DNA of 64,000 bases from the human T2T-CHM13v2.0 reference genome, Homo sapiens. Under the pieces are notes generated by a model, which did no database searches, had not been told where the DNA came from, and was given only the letters and a program-made list of their open reading frames with translations. Below, one piece after another: positions 46,336 to 61,203 of the stretch. The number at the start of each line of letters is the position of its first letter. Positions within the stretch are counted from its first letter, which is position 1. The position numbers and the translations under genes are program-made. The stretch lies in NCBI RefSeq assembly GCF_009914755.1, contig NC_060936.1. One strand, written 5' to 3'.

Positions 46336-48419
46336 TTTGGGACTTTCATAGCAGCAAATAAAACAGGGACCATTTCCCTACTGGTAGAAACAGTTCATTA
46401 AAACCAGTCACACAGTACACAAGATTATAACGGGATAGAAGGCATATGTAACACACATGCTTCTAACCAAGCAACAGAGAAAGCAAATTTCAAATACTCC
46501 ATTTTTCAAACGAATAAGGCTAATAGTATCTCTGCCATTTCAAAGGAGTTTTCAAATTGGGAAGGTGTGGGAATGATACATTTCAGATACTACATAGAGT
46601 ATAACCAACTGACAAATATGAGCTAGATATTCCTGAACATGAGCCACAGGGGGTACTATACATTCTAAACCTCATATACTCATCATTTTATTTGCAGGGA
46701 TTAATCAAAAAATATGCACAACTATGAAATATTATGTACATCTGGTTTTTAAGTAATGCCATTGGATTTATAAATAATGAACCATTACATTTGTATATAA
46801 ATATTTACCCTTGCCTTATTATTATTACACTGCTAATTTTTTGCCCAAATGTAAAAATATCTCTAAAATTGATAATGAAATACAATACATGCTAAACAAA
46901 TTCCTACACATATTTTGTTTTTAAATTTTTAAAAAACAGGTCTATGTACAGGATCTTGAACTCAAGTACATGGCAATGTCTGCAGATTTTTTCAAAAAAA
47001 TAAAAAAGATTGGTTTAATCTATACAAGGGCTGAAAACAAAGTACACAAACCAGATATTTTCAGATTCCATGACTTGTTTATATCTCCACCAACATTACA
47101 ATATTATCAAAATAAATAGCATAATACTACAGTAGTTAAAATTAAGCAGGTTATCAATTGTATAAAAATATCACTAAAAGAGTATTCTAAACAAAATGTG
47201 ACTGTTACTGTAACAAGATTTAGAAAATGTTTTCTTTGATTTCATGTGACTCAAAAAATTATTTATAATTATGGAGTGAGAACTCAAAATATAGATGGAA
47301 TAAAAATAAAACATTTCTATAATTTAAAACTAAACCTGAGAAACACTGAGTGGAATAAGTCATTGGTGAGAGGATGACACCTAGTGATGAGCTGTGATAT
47401 TGCAGCCCAGCTCTACAGGCCGTCCATTCACCATCTCAGGGAAGAGGCAGGATAAAGAAATTTCCAAAGATTTTACTGTAAAATATGGATATCACTACCA
47501 TGAGGAGAGTGTGGGCATGGAAGGCAGGGGATGGCAAAGTAGAGCTACTCTAATATCCCTGCCAAACTTTCTGTTGCTAAAGCTTCCCAAAGTTCAGGTC
47601 TTCATGTCTTTCATTCTATAACAACTTCCTTTGAATACTTTTTAGTATGGGATTTATGACAGACATATAAAGTATATCCTTGTTAAGTAAACAGACTTAG
47701 AAACACATTTCAAAAGCGCTCACCTAGACAGCTACAATCCTTTCCTACTGGCATCTCTACCTACAGCATTTGTAACCAATAATATCACAGCAGGATTAAT
47801 CTTATAGAGTCACTCCTTGATCAAAAATATTTCCTCAGTAACATCAAGTTGACTGACTGTAAGGTGAATTCCATCCATACAGCTTTGACTTTGAGACCCT
47901 CTCTATATGTTTGTTTTTATTCTCCAAATTCATATATCAGTACTACTGAAACAAAACTTTACACCATATAAATAGGATTGCTCTCAATAAGAACAGTATT
48001 CTAGATGATTTGTTCACAAACCACATCCTGAACAAAATATTTTTCACTTACCCTTGTTCTCCCTACTATGCCCTGTTCCTTCCTGATGTTGTTTGGTATT
48101 TAATCTCTTCTCTCTACAACCTTGGGCTCACCCTATCAGACCTACTGCTTAATATGATACTTCTCCTGTTTCCTTCTTTGAACACAATTTGTATCTACCC
48201 ATTAGACTGTCTCACTTTCAGCCACTATAATTCAACCCTAAGCCCCAACCTCCAATCCAAGTCACCACTGCCAGCATTCCTGCTAGGCTCCTCCAGTCCT
48301 TTGAGCAGCACTCAGGTGTTGCTCCCTACAATACTATGCACACTTTATCTCCAGCTCTTTGCTCACACTCTCACCCAGACGAGAAGGTCCCCTTTCTTTC
48401 TCCTCTGCTTATATCAGCT

Positions 48420-49300
48420 GCACTATTTATTCATGTGTTTATTGGGTAGTCCAAGACACTGTGATATGCACTGCAGCTAGAGTAATAATAGACTCATGGA
48501 AATAAGAAAAAATGTACATTTTCTGAAATTTGCTATGAAAAAAATGAATAAATGTTGTAATAGAGAAGAACTGGGGGAAGTTATTTTAGATAGAGTTGTC
48601 AAGAAAGGCATTTGTGCTGAGAATGTGACATTAGGACTGAGACCTGAAAAATATAAAAGGAGTCAGGCACATGAATAGCCAAGGGAATGGTATTCCAGGC
48701 AGAAGGAATAGCAAATGCAAAACCTCTAAACAGAAAGAGGTGATTCTGTTTGAGGAACAGAAAGGACACCACTGTGGCTACACTATAATAAAATAAGGGA
48801 AAGAGGTTGAAAAGATGGCCCAAGTTGTGTTGTGCAGGGTCCTACTAATTTTGGTAAGAAATGTACATTTTCTTTTAAAGAGAAACAGAAAAACATCAAA
48901 GGGTTTTTAAAAAGAGAATGACATTATCTGATTTATCATTTACAACTGTTACTCTATGAAAAAAAAAGATTGGAGGTTACAAATACTGAAAGCAGGGAGA
49001 AGAGTTAGGAGGTCATGTGGTAGTCCAGGCAGGAGATGACGGTTTCTTGGACCAGGATAACGGGTTTAGACAAGGGGGTGGCAGGGCAGATAGGCAGCTG
49101 GGTGTATTCAAGAAACACTTATAGGTAAAATCAACAAGACTAGCTGATGCATTTGCCATAAGGGGCGAGAGATAAGAAGAAATCAAGAATGACACCTAAA
49201 ATTTTGGTGAGCAGCTTGGTGGATGGTGATATTATTTATTAATAAGAGGAATGCAGATGGAGTGGACAAGGGAACCAAACACTCAGTCCTGGGATATTTG
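48420..49300 (-). mobile_element. L2 fragment
   Basis: attccaggcagaaggaatagcaaatgcaaa...tagtccaggcaggagatga. Confidence 0.7.
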
Positions 49301-51189
49301 AAGCCTGGCTCAATTTCTACCTTCTTTATGAAATATCCTAGTACCAAACAGCCCCTAATGATCTATTCCTGCAAAGTTAACACTCACTTCTAGTGTCTTA
49401 AGCTTTATGAACAATTCCTAGGAAATGGTTTACAATCATCCCAAACCTGTCAAAAGTGTCTTTGGTGCATGGCTTAACATTCTGCCTGTAATGCTCATGT
49501 AATCCACTTAGCAGGTAGTATAGGGTACATTTATATTATTCACTTTTCACATGTACTCATGTGGCACACATTCTATACTGGAGTACAAACTTCTTGTGTC
49601 CAGACAACTTATACTTCTTGGTGTGTCCTCAGACTTGGCATTGCACTTTGTAGGAAGAATGCCTTTGAGAAATGTTTGCTGTTGTTGATGATGATAGAAT
49701 GCCTAAAAGTGTCATCAAATTCTGAAAATTCTACAAACATTACACCACCAATCAGTATAGTTCTGGTATAGCTGAATATTTGGCATTTTGGGGAATCCCT
49801 TTCAGTTCAGGTATACTGGTAGACTTACTGAGATAATCAATTCCAAATATTCATTTTATAGAAATATTCCTTAGTCTTGACTGAAACGTATCTACATTAA
49901 TAGTTCTCAAACTCACAGAGAAAAGAATGGATTTGGCACCAGTGAAACTGGGAGTAATGCATAGTTTAGTGGTAGCAGCTAATGAGATACCAATACTAAT
50001 GGTTTGTTATTCATCAGATATGTTTCTGTGGGAAAACAAGTTGAGACATACTTCTTCTATACTATAAAGCAAGGAGTCCTACAATATCTCCCACAGAAAC
50101 ATGAACCTGACAAGGATAAAGGTAATGACAATTTACTACATAATGAGATAAAGCTCCCAATGGAGAAAGGTCAATAGGGAAGTGCCCTTCTCCTTACCTC
50201 ATGTGCCCCAGGTGGAGGAACTTCCGCTAGTGATACCTTTGGCCTCTCTCTGCCCACTCACTCATGCCTCCTTTGAAAAAGGGAAGCGCCTTATGTGACT
50301 GGTGGTTTGGAAAGAAGGAATAACAGATGTTAGCAAAGTCCTCCCCAAGTTCTGCCTGACCCCAAGAGCAGGAGACTCCTGGACTGCTCTCTGCCATATT
50401 CTAAGCGGCTTGCCCCTTTGGAGAGTCTGGGTTTGCCGTTAGGTTGGGGGGAAATATTAGCAAACACACCCACAGATCTCAAGCCATGTTTTCCAGTTGC
50501 ATATTCCAGTTATGAACCTGACATTCTGATCTCAACCTGAAAGATTCCTATGACTTTCAATGGTTCCAGCTCCTGAGAGAGGGATGTTACTTCGGGGCCT
50601 CTGCAAGCCCTAACACTAACAAACTGTTCGAAATAGAACCACAAAGGATGTTGGATTTTTGTTTAGAGCTACAAAAGTAAATATAAGATTCAATGCACTT
50701 GTATGTTCGAGGAACACTGCATCTATCCCAGAAAAATAGTTTCTATCCTATCATGTCCTCTTCCATATCTTTCTTAGCCACTTATAACAATGCTCATCTG
50801 TATGAAAACCTGAAGGAAGAAGTTGTACTGAAATGCCATTTCTTCACAGGTCACTGAAAACCTGCTCAAAATAACTCTTTACATTGTACAAGAATGAAAT
50901 GTTGATTACATCTTATGTCCAGGTTTATCGTAAATGAGATTCCATCTCCCTCCAAATTAAAACTACATTTTCCCTTTTGATATTGCTGTCATCAAGAAGC
51001 TCAGAATATCATGCAAAGGGGGACATGTTTCTCCACTAAACTTCACTGTCATGGATTTTGGTATTTGTTTGAGGACACCTGGCAGGAATAGGAGTAATTC
51101 CATGGCTAACTAATTCAGTTCTGTACTGAACCCATTTGCTGTGCTGTGTTGTGCACTGGAGGCACAGGGTGGGTGAGGTTCCTCCTTTC

Positions 51190-52320
51190 ATCTTCCCCTT
51201 TACAACAAATGGCACTTCCATTCTTCCAGTTACTCATGCCGCAATCCTTACAGACATTTTGAACTCCTCTTTGTCTTTTATTGCACATTCAGCCTCACAT
51301 TCAAAAGCTATCCACTCAAACTTCGCTCCACATCCAGAATCCTACAACTTCTTGCCTCCACTGTCACCCTACTCTAAGCCTCCATCATGTCTCAGCTAGA
51401 TAACTGCAATCACTTCTTAAAAATTATCTCTGCTTTCACTCTTGCCCTCTTAAGCGTACTCTACACTTAAGCTGACACAGTAGTCTCTGTCAATCATAGA
51501 TCAGATTTCACTTACTCCTATACTCAAACCTTCCAATGGCTTTCTGTCTAATGCTGAGAAACTCAGACAACATCAAAGTCCTTACCATCTCCTACAAAGG
51601 GCCTACATGATCCAGCCCCTTCTCCCACTGCTCTGATCTCATGACCTAGTGCTACCTGTCACTGAGCCCTTTCTAGCCACACTGGCTTCCTTGATGGTTC
51701 TCAAACCAGGAATCCAGCTGCTAATGCAGATCTTTGGGTGTGTGCTGTTTCCTCTGCCCAGGATGGCTGCATGGCCTTCCTCAGTCTCTGCCACACAGGA
51801 CCCTGTCAAAGATGCATTCTCTTAACACCCCATAGAAAACACAAACCCATTTCTCTTCACTGTTCTTGCTCTCCTTTTATCCTGAGACAGGTAGCAGAAT
51901 AATTTCCTATTAAAGATCCTATAATCACGCTGCCTGGGTTCTAATGCCAGCTGGGTCATGGGCTGGTTCTGTCTGTGGAACCTGGAACAAGTAAAATAAC
52001 CAAACGTCTCTAAACTTCAGTTTTTCCATCTGTAAAATGGACACTGGAATGTGAGGATTAAATCTCCATATAAAGCACCTCTAACATCCTTAAAATGATT
52101 CCTGGTACCTATGAAGATTCAATACATGATGGCTAGTCCATTTTTCATCACAGCACACTGTGTATTTGTTTATCTATTTATGTATCATCTGCTCCCCCTC
52201 CAGAATGTAAGCTCCAATATAAGAATGGACCATGCCATTTCATTGTTTTGTTTTCTTTCACAACTGTATCTTCAGTAACTGGTTCAGCTCCTGGCACATG
52301 GTAGGCATTTAATTAAATTT
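51190..52320 (+). mobile_element. L2 fragment with an embedded MIR (~51890-52130)
   Basis: ctcaaaccttccaatggctt; gaatgtaagctcc; cctggcacatggtaggcattt. Confidence 0.7.
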
Positions 52321-53978
52321 TTATTTTTGCAGCTTAAGTCTACCTCCAATATTTCTGAAAAGGAATTTATATGCTTTGTAGTCCCATTAAGAATCTAAAT
52401 CCATAAGAGAGAAGGAGATCAGAGAATCAGGATACAGACCTCAAAAGCTCACCTGGCTCAACTGGGATTTTAATTTAATTTAACAGATGATGCAGGTTAG
52501 AGCCAAGGGTCCTAGGATCCCACAGCCAATAAGTGATGTAGCAAGGGCCCCAATGTCCCAGACCAGCACACTTAATGTGGTCAGAAAACCAGCTAACATC
52601 TCAAACACTTATTCTGGAATTTTCTACACCTGAAGTCCACAAAGACAGGCCCAGAAGCCACAGAATACTTGAAATTATCTGGATTACTCTCTTGTGTCTG
52701 TGTCTGTATTTTGGAAAGTTCATTGTTTGTGTTGCCAACAGTCATCATCTTCTGATGATACTGTTCACTGAGGATCATATTTCCCGTGAATCCTGGAGAT
52801 TTTTACTTTCTTGATGGTCAGAAGTAAATGTAGGAAGAAAACCATTGTTCTCTGGCTCCCCAGTTGGGGCTATGAACTACTAGAATCAAGACAGCTAATA
52901 TTTCTATACATAAGCTATCCTGCTTTGGACTTCTGATTCCAGGAACTCTGCCTCGTGTAGGATTCTCTGAAGTCAGCCTCAGCCTTCAATTCTCCCCTAC
53001 TGGGTTCTTAAATACTATGGATGTGGTTGTGGGTAGAAAGGCCATGTTTATGTAGCTTTCTCAAACACTGTAGTATATCTACATAGGACTGTACCAATAA
53101 ATTCAGAAAAAAAAGAAATAATTCTTTCCAGAACTATTTTCTTTTCTCATTTTGAGTTGTCTTAATGCAACTGTCTAATTTATAAATCTGAAGTCATAAA
53201 AATTACATTCAGCAAAGAAGAGGTGACAATAGATAAAAGCCCAAAATAAATCATAAATTTTTTCAGAGTTAAACTCTTCTATGATTAAATTTAAACCCAC
53301 TTTTAGTGCTGAACTATCAATATTTTTAGATTTGGATATAGCCACTGAATGCTAAGTAGATTTGGTAAAATAAATCAATTACAGTACATTGTTTTTATCT
53401 TAAATACCCTTAAGAATAAGATAAAAGATAGAGGTCTGGGAACCAAGCAAGTCCATTTCTGTGTCTGGTTCCCTTGGATTACCATAAATATTCATTGGGC
53501 TTTCCTAATGCACCTCACTGTATTCTGCCCACTGAAATATCGGAGGCAGTGAGAAGTACAAACACGCATAACACACTACAGCATTAAAGTGTGTAAGACA
53601 TTTCAATAAATGTACTGAGGGTAACAGCAGTGAACAGTAAAATCAGACAAAAGATTTTCACATTAAAGTCTATAACTCATTTTTAACCATTCATTTATCA
53701 CATACACTGGTCATGTGTAATAAACTGGAGCAGAAACGAATTGTAGAGAAATTCAGCAGCAGACAAGTATAAATAGTGGCTTCTTAAAATGCTCCTTGAT
53801 TTTTTCATTCGTCTTAGCTTTGTGACCCATCTAAAGCAATGCTCTGACAATTGTTATTCTTGTGCAGATTAGATTGCCTCTTCACTTCCAGAATAATGTA
53901 TCTCAGATTTTTAAAAGGTGATATTTTCTCACATACACCTTTGATTTTCTACCATGTTCTAAGCTTCATGTTTACTGT

Positions 53979-53983
<5 letters not shown>

Positions 53984-54013
<30 letters not shown>
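53984..54013 (+). repeat. (AC)~15 microsatellite
   Basis: Direct observation. Confidence 0.95.
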
Positions 54014-54014
<1 letters not shown>

Positions 54015-54710
54015 GTGTGTATCTGAATGATTCAAGACAATTCTCTTTTCCTGTACAGTCAGTGAAGTACCCCACCACTTAGAACCTCATAGGAAAGATT
54101 ATACCAACACCAAAACAAAAAATGATCAATCATCTTGATTTAGATATGGAATAGATACTTGCTTGAGGACAGAAGGAATTACTGTGAGTCTATCTTGAAG
54201 TTTATTTTTCTGAAATTGCATATTCTCCTTTGATTGGCATAAGAGAACTGGTTAAAATATACTAGAAGCAGGAAAACTTTACACACAAGAAAATACGGTA
54301 ATGCTGTCTTAAAATATCAGAAAAGTATTTTATAAATATTTTTAAGATTTAAAAACAAAGCTTAAAATTATAGGATATTTGTGAAAGGATATTTACAAAA
54401 GTAATACTATGACATGAGTCATTTTCTTCCTTAAAATCATGACAATTTATTATTTCATTGTTATCTCCCACATACAGGTGCAAGGAATAAGTCATTGAGG
54501 CTTGGCTATATCACGGGCTAAAAGCAGTGTTCTTGTTTGTGTTATGTTCCGTAAAATTCACTCTATCTTTAGGTAGATATTAAAAGCAACCACCAACATT
54601 TTAAAAACTGACCACTTGCCAAAACAAATAGCAAAATTGTGTATGTGTGGTTTACACAAACTTGTGAACAGTATAAAACACTCCTCCAGAAAAGGGACAT
54701 TTTTCAATGA

Positions 54711-54940
<230 letters not shown>

Positions 54941-55021
54941 CCGGTAAAAGATTTTAAGCATGTATTTTGCACACAATGGACTGTAATGATGAATTGATGA
55001 AATGATATTCCAAAATAATTC

Positions 55022-55315
55022 TTTTTGTTTTTTTGGAGACAGAGTTTTCGATGTTGCCCAGGCTGGAGTACAGTGGCGCAATCTTGGCTCACTGCAACCT
55101 TCACCTCCTGGGTTCAAGCGATTCTCTATCTCAGCCCCCTGAGTAGCCAGGATTACAGGCATGCACCACCACGCCCAGCTAATTTTTGTATTTTTAGTAG
55201 AGACAGGGTCTCGCCATGTTGACCAGGCTGGTCTCGAACTCCTGATCTCAGGTGATCCACCCACCTCGGCATCCCAAACAGCTGGGATTACAGGCGTGAG
55301 CCACCGTGCCCGGCC
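55022..55315 (-). mobile_element. AluSx-like
   Basis: Full dimer; TSD aataattcttt. Confidence 0.9.
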
Positions 55316-55839
55316 CAGAATAATTCTTTAATTTAATTTGTAGCAAATAGAAAACCCCAAAGATCCTATCTAAAATGTGCATTCTTCATGATCATGCTGA
55401 AACACAGTCGAAAAGTGCTTGGTAAGAAACTGGACTCTATATTTGAGTCAGCCCAAAGCTAAAAACTGCCACAAACACAGTGCTATCAAATTTTCAAATT
55501 TTCCCACTTATCTTGGAACCAGTCTATATGATGTTTTGACTTTCTGCTAAAAAACCTATGTATCTGGTAGTCATTGTCACTTGAGTTTTTATTCCAATCA
55601 ACTGGTTTTTTTCAACCTTAACCTAAGATAGGAAACAAGAGAAAAACCTCTTTTCTGTTTCTTCCATGGGTTTAAACCAACTTAAACAATAATGTTTAGA
55701 AATCACTTCTTAAATCTGTTTGTAGATGCCCGCAAGCTGCTCGGTGCATTTTGGCTGCTGTCAGCAAAATGCGCACAAGAGAAGCATACACAGAAAACCT
55801 TTGCACATCTCATCTATGAAAAGATTAAAGACTTAGATA

Positions 55840-56230
55840 TGTTATGGGCTGAATTATGCCTTAACCTGCAACACCTTAGAATATAACCGTATTCAGAAAT
55901 AAGATCTTTGAAGAGGTAATTACATTAAAATGAGGTCATTAGGGTGGACCCTAATTCAATATTACTAGTGGCCCTATAAGAAGAGGAAATTTGGACACAG
56001 ACACACAAACAGAAGGAAAATAATATGAAGACACAAGGAGAGGGTGGCCATCTACAAGCCAAGGAGAAACACCTGGGACAGTTCCTTCTCTCCTGGCCCT
56101 TGGAAGGAAACCACCTGTTGACCCCTGAATCTCTGACTTCCAGCCTCCAGAGCTATAAGAAAACAAATTTCTGTTGTTTAAGCCACTCGATCTGTGGGAC
56201 TTTGTGATGGCAGCCCTACAAACTAATACA
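55840..56230 (+). mobile_element. MaLR LTR (MLT1-like)
   Basis: tgttatgggctgaatt...gacttccagcctccagagct...cagccctacaaactaataca. Confidence 0.85.
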
Positions 56231-57264
56231 GGTGGCATCATTTCTTCCTCTGTGTCTTCCCACAGAAGATGATACAATACATGGCAGATTCCCCCTAGGT
56301 GTCAGTTATCTGACTAGAACTATACAAGTCAGCCCAGCCTTTTCTCCAAGTAATTCTCTCCCTGGCATCTAATCCCTGATCCAGAGGGCCACTGCTTGAC
56401 ATGTCCATTCTCCTAACCCCGTGGAGACACCAGCCATCACGTCAGTGGCCTTCCAGAAGTAGGTCCTTCATCTGCTCCTCAGCTCCTGGCTCTGTCATGG
56501 GATAGTTCCAAATTTTTGTAATATTCCCTTTTCTCCCTAAAATTGAAGCATTGCAGAAATATTCAGCATGCTTTTCCCAGGAAGTATTCCTGGCAAGAAT
56601 CAGCAAAATTGTATGCAAACATGTGAATTTCATTTTGCTTTCAGAAAATGGCAGATGTGGAAGAGAGATGACACTTGCCAATAGATCTCAGAGGAAATGG
56701 TTTGATCTCAACTAAGATAAATTCCTAATCCCTGATACGGCCCTTGAAGAGAGCAAAAGATGTAAAGAAATCTCTTCTATTCTAAATATAAATTTCACAT
56801 GATCTAGATAAAACTGAAGAAATAGAAATTTCATCACTTATCAGTGAGTTAGTATATTTTCCAATTTATTAACTCTCATTTAACAACGGAGTATTCTCAC
56901 TTCAAAAAAATAAAGAAAAAGCAAAAGAAAACCCAAAGCTTTATGAAAACCAGAGAATGGAGCTTCTCTCTCAAGATTTTATGATGTAAATTTTTAAAAA
57001 ATATGTTGAACAGCTAGATTTAAGGAATATCGAACATTTCAGTTTAAATGTTGAACACTTAAGGAATTGTCCCTAGTTTAGATGCTGAACAGGTGGTTTA
57101 CTAAGAAAGAAAAGATACTATGGCACTGTAATCAAACAGTCTTTCAAAATTAGTCACTTGCTGTATTTTGCATCATTAGCTTCACATGAACTGAGGATTC
57201 TTTGCTAACAGGGTTAGGATCAATATCTGTGTGAAGCATTTTTCATTCTTAAGGTTAAAAATTG

Positions 57265-57502
57265 TTTTATTAAGAGAAATAAGTTCTGGTGTTCTACTGC
57301 ACAGCAAGGTGACTATGGTTAACTCTACTGTATATTTCAAAATAACTACAAGACAGGATTTTTTGAGTTCTCACCATAAATAAATGATATGTGTATGAGG
57401 TGGTGGATATGCTGAATACCTTAATTTGATTTTTATGTAACGTAAACATGTATCAAAATATCACACAGTACCCCATAAATATGTACAATTGTGTCCATAA
57501 AA
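57265..57502 (+). mobile_element. L1MA-type 3' fragment
   Basis: aataagttctggtgttctactgcacagcaaggtgactat...ccccataaatatgtacaatt. Confidence 0.75.
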
Positions 57503-60500
57503 GTTGTTCTACTAATTGAGCAATAATTGGAACAATTTAAAATATGCTGAATTACTTATCCCTAGAGGTAACATTAAAATAAATCAGGAACTACTATACA
57601 CAATAAAAATGATTCCAAAAAAGCTATATATGGCATTTAAAATGCTTCATATGTTCTATTTAGTGTACGGTCGAGGTCACAGAAGACCAATAAAACTTTA
57701 TCAATGTCATTAAATAACACCCATTGGTAGACAGTGTTGTTATGTTCCATTAAAGATTTTCCAATTATCTTCCCATGAAAAAGTATGATTAGAAATTAAG
57801 ATGCATCAAATATCACTGGAGAACACCTTGGCTATCACTGTCCAATTCAAAATAATTATTTGGTTCTAAAGTTTATAGCTTCACAGAAAGAAGAAACAGT
57901 TATCTACCTTGGGACTAAATCAGTCAAGTACTTGGGGAAGTTGAGCTTAGATGTCTTCCTTGGGTACTTCAAAGAGCTGAAGTAAAAACATTATTCCAAT
58001 GGAATAAATTTAGTTGAGCAAAAGAAAAAGGAGATTTCAAATGTAAAGAAAAAAATCACAAGCTTTCAAATTAGACATTATATGGCTTCCACTTTTAAAA
58101 TAAGAATTTTTCATAAGAAAATCTTTTTTTGTTGTACTGTGGCACAATCATTTAAAGATGGTGCACATAAATAAGAAAAGAAGAAAGGAATCCAAAAAGA
58201 ACAACTTATATGTCAGTCAAGATTTCAAAGATTAATATTTATGAAAACAATTGGCAAACAACCGTCCATGATCGAAGAACAAAAACTGTTGCAGCAGATG
58301 TCTTGTCAAGAGGCTACAGACGATGAGAAGCAGCATACTTTCGTCCATATGTTTTCTCAGCCTTAAGAAAGAATATCCTCAGTCATTTGAATTTTGGAGA
58401 ACACAGAGTGCCTGTGTATATAGCAAAGTAGAAGCTTTTTTTGTACAAGAACTTTGAGCCAAGATTTCTGGCTTCATTTGGAAAGAGGTGGCATATACAT
58501 TTAGGTGGAATATTAAAAGAAAAGCAGCCAAATAACTTAAATAATCCAAATAACTCAATCTGTCAAGATTTTCCCGAAGAACTCAGGGTGGTCACTGGTT
58601 ATTCTGGCCTGCCTGCCATCCCTGTTCCCATCTGTTGGCAACAATACTGCAATTTTCTCAGGAGGAACAGCCCCTTCCCTCTTCTATGCTATTTTATTAG
58701 GACAGTTTGTTAGTCCCCTGTCTTAAACAGCTGCTCAACAGTAGAACTCGAGACTATGAAATCTGAGGTGAATAAGAAGAGGAAGGGGGCAAGCTGAAGA
58801 ACCGGGAAATTTGAGGGGTCAGTGGTTTTCATCAGGTTGAAGGACAGTTGAAATGGATGTAAGTGAACAAGGAAACTGAATGGAAAGGAGTAAATGTCAG
58901 AGCATTGGGATGCCTGAATTAGCAATCATGGAGTAGCAGCAATTACTGCCTGAGTTAGCAATCATGGAGTAGCAGCAAGAACTGGGTGGTGGACTCTGGA
59001 AGAGAGATGGTCAGTGCGGATACACCAGGCCAGTGTTGGCAGGATCCACCAGGCCAGTGTTGGCTACACAGCCGAGATTGACTGGGGTCACCCCTGATGA
59101 TGGCAGTGCTGAGGGCCAAGATCAAGGTTCCAAAGTCTTAGATGGATGAGAGCAATTGACTGGGATGTGGGCTGATGTGGTCGTGATATAGTTGGAGGGT
59201 CTTAACTTCAAAGGAGCTAAGAATTTTAAAAGAAGGCAGAGGAATCTGTCTTGAAATAACAATGGGAAACCACAGGGACAAAAAGCTTCTTCCCCTGGAG
59301 GATGAAGGAGAAAAGAGACAGCACTTCACACAGCTGCTCAGAAAGTGGGCTGACCTTGGGGGCCAGGGAGTCTTCAAATAAAGCAAGAAGCTGGAGGGAC
59401 CGCTTAGAGAAGAGGACAAGGATAGAGGAGAGCTTGCTGAGTGGCAGTTCTGGAGCGGGAGAGGAAGTGTTGAGAAATGGCAAGGCAATGTCATGGTGGT
59501 GATAGGAAGGGTTTGGTCTGTACATTTTGTGCATTAACTAATCCAAGCATGGTGGAGTTGATACCAACAGTTTATTTCAAGAGAGTGGGCAGTGGGCCTA
59601 GTAACCAGAGGTCTTGCCTAACTCAGCCAAGAGGATGGGGGACTCTTTGCCAATTGTATATATGCTGCAGTCTATTTGTTGAATGAATAAATGGCTGCAT
59701 ACACCAGGGTGGTAGATGGCAAGAAGCCTAAAGAAGCATCCTCAAAGGTGCACCCAAGTATGAGATTACTGCCCGGTTATTGCTTACCTTCTGGTGAATG
59801 TTTCCCTGATTACTATACTCTGGCACTGTCAGAGAAAATAAAATCAACTCAATACCTGGGATGGAGTTATATAAGTACATGTCTCTGAGTCAGTATCTTC
59901 AACATCATTCCAGCTATGTGATATTAATTATAAGCATTTGATTAGATTTTAATTGTCCATGCGTCCTCATTTAAATTATTTTGTGCCACAGACTCATTTT
60001 ATCAAGCTGCCATGCTGTGCTCATTTACATATCACATTTGTTTTCTGTATCCCATGACTGTATAAGTAATATAGTCTATATTGAGTTTTAATTAAAAACC
60101 CAGCCAAAAGCCAGCGATAACTGAGATAAGATAGACCTAACAACTTCACCGAGCAATCTGCAAATATTCATAATGTTCTGTGTTGTTTTGTTTTAAGCAA
60201 CTAAGATTTATCCAAAAATGTTTAAGATGTTCAAGCACCAGATGGAATATGCAGGAACCAGGCCTACTCTGAAGAAATCAGTAAATGGTAGATACTCAAA
60301 ATCATTATACATAAAAAATATCTTAAGTTGGCTTCTGTTATTTAACGTAAAAAAACAGTTGCCTCTGGCAGCCATGTGTGAAATTCCTACAGCTTTGCAA
60401 ATTGATATCATCATAGAATGAGAGACAGTATCATGTAGTGATTGGAAACATGGGCTCTAGGGCCAGATTGGCTGGATTTTCCTCCTGGTTGTGTCATCTT

Positions 60501-60759
60501 TTGTTGTGTGATCTTGGGCAAGTTTCTTAACCTTTCTGTGCTACAGGTCTTCAATGTGTTATGATTGTTAAACTAACAACAGAGTAAACCCCATAGAAGT
60601 TTAAGCTGTTACTATTATTTGGGGCATGTACCTGAAAGTTAGATAAGAATATATCCCCCACAAACACACCTTTTTGAAAAAAAAAAAGATTTGCTTAACC
60701 TTCAGGTTGCTAGAACTAGCAAAGGAAATAAGTCTGAAAGAAGTGGCTTGAAAAACTGA

Positions 60760-61203
<444 letters not shown>

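Noticed and set aside
58268-58366. 32-aa + strand ORF containing KLLQQM, a hexapeptide I recall from ITPR2
   Set aside because: Wrong strand and no further similarity; judged coincidence
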